Source of the DNA: Cyanobacteria bacterium J06581_3
GTDB taxonomy: Bacteria; Cyanobacteriota; Cyanobacteriia; Phormidesmidales; Phormidesmidaceae
Assembly (NCBI GenBank): GCA_038531675.1
Contig: JBCBBK010000008.1
Coordinates: forward strand, 30,483 to 94,482
Length of the DNA: 64,000 bases
Reading direction: 5' to 3'
Shown: piece after piece, positions 59,944-64,000 of the stretch
How positions within the stretch are numbered: position 1 is the stretch's first letter
Layout: the number at the start of each line of letters is the position of its first letter
Made by a program: the position numbers and the translations under genes
Notes under the pieces: generated by a model
Told to the model about the DNA's origin: nothing
Seen by the model: only the letters and a program-made list of their open reading frames with translations
Databases searched by the model: none

Positions 59944-60093
59944 TTACCAAACGTTTGAGCGTTTACTGTAAACATAGCCACTGTATGGCTGAACGCCAGT
60001 TGCCGGATAGGCATCATCATGAGGACTAAAAATCCGATAAACAGCCTCTGCCAAAAAGGTAAAAGCGTCGCTGAGCATCTTGGAAAATGTCAT
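59944..60093 (-). CDS. 49-aa small protein missed by the ORF track
   Basis: AGGAGA lies 7 nt before ATG; MTFSKMLSDAFTFLAEAVYRIFSPHDDAYPATGVQPYSGYVYSKRSNVW*. Confidence 0.8.
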   Translation of the reverse strand: MTFSKMLSDAFTFLAEAVYRIFSPHDDAYPATGVQPYSGYVYSKRSNVW

Positions 60094-60383
60094 AACCAAA
60101 TCTCCTAATAATATTTCAATCTTCTACAACCTTCTGGAGCGGGTAACTCAATTTTTCAGAAGGTGAATTGCCTCAAGTGTTACGAGCGTCCATCACCGTC
60201 AGCAAGGCCTTGGAAAAAGCAGTAACAGCAGGCCGAGAAAATTACGGATATTTGGATACTCCTATCCTAGAAGTTGAGTGAGTACTCGAAGCACCAACAC
60301 CGCAATTCTTCACGAGATGACAAACAGCGTCATACATCGCAATGCAATCTGTTGCAATGACTCATGAGAGGTTACCTGCAAGC

Positions 60384-60434
60384 GCAGTATTCGCCTAAAT
60401 GCAGTATTCGCCTGAATGCAGTGTTCGCTTAAAC
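60384..60434 (+). repeat. Three 17-bp tandem units gcagtattcgcctaaat-like
   Basis: 60384-60400, 60401-60417 and 60418-60434, ending 33 nt before the cobA ATG. Confidence 0.85.
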
Positions 60435-60467
60435 TCAGATCAAGCCCACAGACGCAGAACTTCAAAC

Positions 60468-61979
60468 ATGAGCGGTAAGGTATATCTCTTAGGCGCAGGC
60501 CCTGGCGACAGTGCCTACTTAACCGTCAGCGGACAGCAAAAACTGCAAGTGGCCGATGCCCTTGTCTACGACGCGCTGGTCGATACGACGCTGCTACAGC
60601 AGCTCCCGGTGCACTGCGAACAGTGGCATGTTGGCAAACGCGGTGGCCAGTCCAGCACGCCACAAAAAGAGATTAATCAGCTGCTCGTGCGACTTTGCAA
60701 AGCGGGCAAACAGGTCGTCCGACTCAAGGCCGGCGATCCGTTTATCTTTGGTCGTGCATTTGCCGAAATCCAGGCCCTCAGGGCAGAAAACTGTAATTTT
60801 GAAGTCTTGCCTGGACTCTCCTCAGCGCTGGTCGCACCGCTGTTAGCAGGTGTCCCATTAACCGATCCTGTACTCAGCCGAGGCTTTGGTATATTCACCG
60901 CTCACGATTTAGATGCACTGGACTGGCAGACCCTGGCCAAGCTAGAGACGGTCGTATTGCTAATGGGGGGCAGGCGGCTAAGAGAAATTTGCGATCGCCT
61001 AATCTCCCACGGCAAACGCGCCGAAGCGCCGATGCTCACCATCCGCTGGGCCGGTCAACCTCAGCAGCAAATCTGGCAGGGCACTGTACTTAGCATGGCG
61101 CACATCGTCGGGTCCGCGCAGCTGTCGCCTTGCATTATGGTGATCGGAGAAGTCGTTGGCCTGCGTCAGTATCTAAGTTCACCTAAGCAATCAGGTCTTC
61201 CTTTGGCAGGAAAAACAGTCATCGTCACTCGTTCTGCCAGCCAGGCGAGTGAATTTAGCCAAATGCTAATAGCCAAAGGCGCGAAGGTTGTTGATTTACC
61301 CGCTTTGACAATTCAAGCCCCGGCAGACTGGCAGCCCATGGACAGTGCGATCGCCCATATCCACACCTACCACTGGCTCATTCTCACCTCACCCAACGCC
61401 GTCAACTACTTTGTAGATAGATTGCTCCATCAGGGCAGAGACCTGCGCGCGCTAGCCCACCTCAAAATCGCAGTCGTCGGCAAAAAGACCAACAAGTTCT
61501 TACAACAGCGAGGCCTCACCGCCGACTTCATCCCACCTACTTTTGTTGCCGACTCACTTGCAGAACACTTTCCAGAAAATCCAGCAGGCAAAAAGCTGTT
61601 GTTTCCCAGGGTAGAAAGCGGCGGTCGTGATGTACTTGTCAAAGCCATGCAGGCCAAAGGTGCAGACATGACTGAAGTCGCAGCCTACGAATCCGCCTGC
61701 CCGAGCGAACTACCCCCTGCGGCCAAACTCGTACTAGAGAATCGCACTGCCGATGTGATTACCTTTGCCAGTTCCAAAACCGTTCGTCACTTTGCACAGT
61801 TGATGACCAAATCATTCAATGAGCAGTGGCTTAGCCTGTTAGCCAATGTCGCAGTTGCTTCTATTGGCCCCCAAACCTCCCAAGACTGTCATGAACTATT
61901 GAATAAAGTTACCTTTGAGGCCGAAGAACACACGCTAGGCGGACTAATGACGGGGCTAGAAGCATGGGCCAGGCAGTAG
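60468..61979 (+). CDS. cobA: Uroporphyrinogen-III C-methyltransferase / synthase fusion (CobA-HemD)
   Basis: GAGPGD, VRLKAGDPFIFGR; HemD part VIVTRS, LILTSPNAV, TFASSKTV, ASIGPQTS; ATG at 60468. Confidence 0.93.
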   Translation: MSGKVYLLGAGPGDSAYLTVSGQQKLQVADALVYDALVDTTLLQQLPVHCEQWHVGKRGGQSSTPQKEINQLLVRLCKAGKQVVRLKAGDPFIFGRAFAEIQALRAENCNFEVLPGLSSALVAPLLAGVPLTDPVLSRGFGIFTAHDLDALDWQTLAKLETVVLLMGGRRLREICDRLISHGKRAEAPMLTIRWAGQPQQQIWQGTVLSMAHIVGSAQLSPCIMVIGEVVGLRQYLSSPKQSGLPLAGKTVIVTRSASQASEFSQMLIAKGAKVVDLPALTIQAPADWQPMDSAIAHIHTYHWLILTSPNAVNYFVDRLLHQGRDLRALAHLKIAVVGKKTNKFLQQRGLTADFIPPTFVADSLAEHFPENPAGKKLLFPRVESGGRDVLVKAMQAKGADMTEVAAYESACPSELPPAAKLVLENRTADVITFASSKTVRHFAQLMTKSFNEQWLSLLANVAVASIGPQTSQDCHELLNKVTFEAEEHTLGGLMTGLEAWARQ

Positions 61980-62572
61980 ATATACCAAACAACAGACGGA
62001 TAATCGGGCTCACGGGTGGTATTGCCAGCGGTAAAAGTACTGTGTCGGACTATCTGGCCAGCCAGTATGGCCTGCCGGTGTTAGATGCTGATGTGTATTC
62101 ACGGGAGGCTGTAGAAAAAGGAAGTGAGATTTTGGCGGCGATCGCCCACCGCTATGGCGCTCAAATCCTCCACCCCGACGGCACTCTCAACCGCTCTAAG
62201 CTTGGCGCAATCATCTTCAACAACAACACCGAAAAACAGTGGATAGAACAGCAAATTCATCCTTTTGTGCGATCGCGTTTCACTGCCACAGCCGCCACCT
62301 TGTCTCCTACTCAAACCCTTGTTTATTCCATACCACTGCTCTTTGAAGCAAATCTTACTCACCTCGTTACCGAGGTTTGGGTTGTTTACTGCACCCCGCA
62401 GCAGCAGCAAGCCAGACTCATGGCTCGCAACCAGCTATCAGCCAGCGAAGCCCAGCTCAGAATAGCGGCTCAAATGCCTCTAAAAGAGAAATGCGACCTT
62501 GCAGATTGCCTTCTCGACAACACACAAGATAAAGAGAATCTTTTTGAGCAAATAGATCGATTACTTTCTTGA
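61964..62572 (+). CDS. coaE: Dephospho-CoA kinase
   Basis: IIGLTGGIASGKSTV, LNRSKLGAIIF, IHPFV, IPLLFE, RIAAQMPL. Confidence 0.95.
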   Translation: MGQAVDIPNNRRIIGLTGGIASGKSTVSDYLASQYGLPVLDADVYSREAVEKGSEILAAIAHRYGAQILHPDGTLNRSKLGAIIFNNNTEKQWIEQQIHPFVRSRFTATAATLSPTQTLVYSIPLLFEANLTHLVTEVWVVYCTPQQQQARLMARNQLSASEAQLRIAAQMPLKEKCDLADCLLDNTQDKENLFEQIDRLLS

Positions 62573-64000
62573 TGCTTGAACAACAAAACCTTCAGCGTCT
62601 TTTAGGCGTTTCTCGGTAATCTCACCGCTACGTTGTAAAAAGTCTACCAGCGACGCGGCTGCCGGGTCATCCACCAGAGACTCTGACAAAACGACTGTGC
62701 TGACGCCTTTAGGCGATAGCAGCGCAATGCAGCGCTCTATTAATAGGCGATCGCGCCGCAAAGCATTCGCCTTCCTGCTTCCAGCAGGCATCTGATGCAC
62801 ATAGTCTTCACTACAGGCAAAATAGTCCGCTGCGAAAACGCATCGGTCTTGATACTGTAACCAGGCAGTGGCAACCGCCGGGTCGCTATTTTGCAAAGCT
62901 GCCTTAGAGGTCTTAAATGTTTTCTGGGTCAGCTGATGCTGCTTTGCCAGGGCTGGAAACTGCTCCAAAAACTCCGCTACCGTTGGCTTTATCACCTGCG
63001 GCGCCAGATGGCAGCAAGCCACAACATCAAACCCGCCTTTTTTTATCACTTTGTTGAACTGGTAACCCAAGTGAAGCGGCGCTAACGCTTCAATATCCGA
63101 TAGCAAGAGCGATCGCCGCTGAGGCTTGCCCGTCAGCTGCAACTCCCGGTAACGCATGCCCATTTGCGGCCCCATCTGATTTAGCAGCAGCGTGTCTAGT
63201 TTTTTCTGAGCCTTACTATCAAGGGCTACAATCTCCTCACGTAGCAGCGCAGCCCGCGCATAGAACGGCACGCTGTGTGCTTTGGCTAATACTTGTGATC
63301 GCGATTGATAGTGCTCTAGCGCAATGTTCTTTTCACTCAAAATGGTCTGGTAGCTATCCGCTGCCAGCGGCTGCAACAGATTCCCTTGCAATACATCGAC
63401 CGCGCCCGTTTTATCAACCTGCTCAAAGCGCTCTTCATCAACAGAAATAAAGCCTATTAGCGAGTTACCAGGAAGGACGCTAAACTCCAGGTCGATCAAG
63501 GGCTCAACTGTCGAACTGTCTTGTGTTGTTGCAACCAAATTCAACAATAGTTGAAAATGAGCAGGCTCAATGTCTGCTTGTGATTCACCGACTCCATATA
63601 AGTTATTTCTGAGCAGGCGTTCTTGAATGTTTTTTAGCAGAATAGACTCTTGTGCCTCTGCGGAATTAGGGTCACTTTTGGGTCCACTATTTTCGTCTGG
63701 TCCGCTATTTTCATACAGCGCTGCTTTCCATATCTGTAGCTGCGCATCCTGATTCTGCTGAATATAGCCTACTAAAATGCAAAAAATCTCTGTCAACCGC
63801 TGATGAAAGGCCACCAGCAAGTTGCCCTCACCACAGTCCGGGTCTAACACACTCAGCTGTGGCAAAATCTCCTGTACCAGCCGACGACACATCGTCGTAT
63901 CTGCGTTAAACAGACGATCGTTCAGTGTCTCCTCAGCCGCTGTTATTTCAGATGAAAGCTGTTTATCTGCGCTGTCCCAGAGCGCTGCGCCCAATTGGGA
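62561..64000 (-). CDS. Degenerate Eco57I/type IIG-like DNA methyltransferase homolog; 5' end beyond the window
   Basis: VLDPDCGEGNLL (motif I-like), NNLYGV, FSVLPGNSLIG, GGFDVVACCH (position of GFD.IIGNPPY), LLIERCIALL.PKG. Confidence 0.7.
   Translation of the reverse strand, partial: SQLGAALWDSADKQLSSEITAAEETLNDRLFNADTTMCRRLVQEILPQLSVLDPDCGEGNLLVAFHQRLTEIFCILVGYIQQNQDAQLQIWKAALYENSGPDENSGPKSDPNSAEAQESILLKNIQERLLRNNLYGVGESQADIEPAHFQLLLNLVATTQDSSTVEPLIDLEFSVLPGNSLIGFISVDEERFEQVDKTGAVDVLQGNLLQPLAADSYQTILSEKNIALEHYQSRSQVLAKAHSVPFYARAALLREEIVALDSKAQKKLDTLLLNQMGPQMGMRYRELQLTGKPQRRSLLLSDIEALAPLHLGYQFNKVIKKGGFDVVACCHLAPQVIKPTVAEFLEQFPALAKQHQLTQKTFKTSKAALQNSDPAVATAWLQYQDRCVFAADYFACSEDYVHQMPAGSRKANALRRDRLLIERCIALLSPKGVSTVVLSESLVDDPAAASLVDFLQRSGEITEKRLKDAEGFVVQASRK

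Larger units (their letters stand above)
801..63116. repeat. HIP1 octamer GCGATCGC dispersed through the window
   Basis: Examples at 801-808, 4710-4717, 7660-7667, 35952-35959 and 63109-63116, with many more. HIP1 is an established cyanobacterial repeat. Confidence 0.95.

Overview
Cyanobacterial chromosomal window: photosynthesis genes psbO, psaE, ndhO and chlH, plus many HIP1 GCGATCGC octamers. A Leptolyngbyaceae/PCC 7335-like host is my inference. The housekeeping backbone is chlH, a CSP41-like epimerase, dnaK, secA, cbiG-cobJ, psbO-sigF, psaE-mutM-ndhO, ppk1, gyrA, lysC, NDH-2, cobA-hemD and coaE. A C-P lyase cluster (phnCDE, phnF, phnGHIJKLM) is followed by a PhnZ-like HD protein; phnN and phnP are absent from the window. 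Four toxin-antitoxin loci lie in the first 17 kb, three of them damaged. Best leads: (1) two tandem ~60-70 nt sRNA-like units at 53.3-53.6 kb with a shared 17-nt 5' end, their own terminators and TCCTGA at -35, resembling NsiR1 and its DIF1 promoter; (2) an unassigned locus at 35.4-40.3 kb, where a 1137-aa helical protein faces a palindrome-rich spacer, a structured leader with two Shine-Dalgarno-led micro-ORFs (MTKL, MKA) and a Zn-ribbon/TM mini-protein; (3) a PIN toxin frameshifted by an exact 23-bp tandem duplication; (4) a 24-bp tandem repeat family with compensatory changes and a nested insertion; (5) a PilP-like lipoprotein after sigF; (6) a 49-aa ORF missed by the track; (7) a methyltransferase homolog lacking its catalytic motif at the right edge. 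Family names come from motif recognition only; no searches were run.
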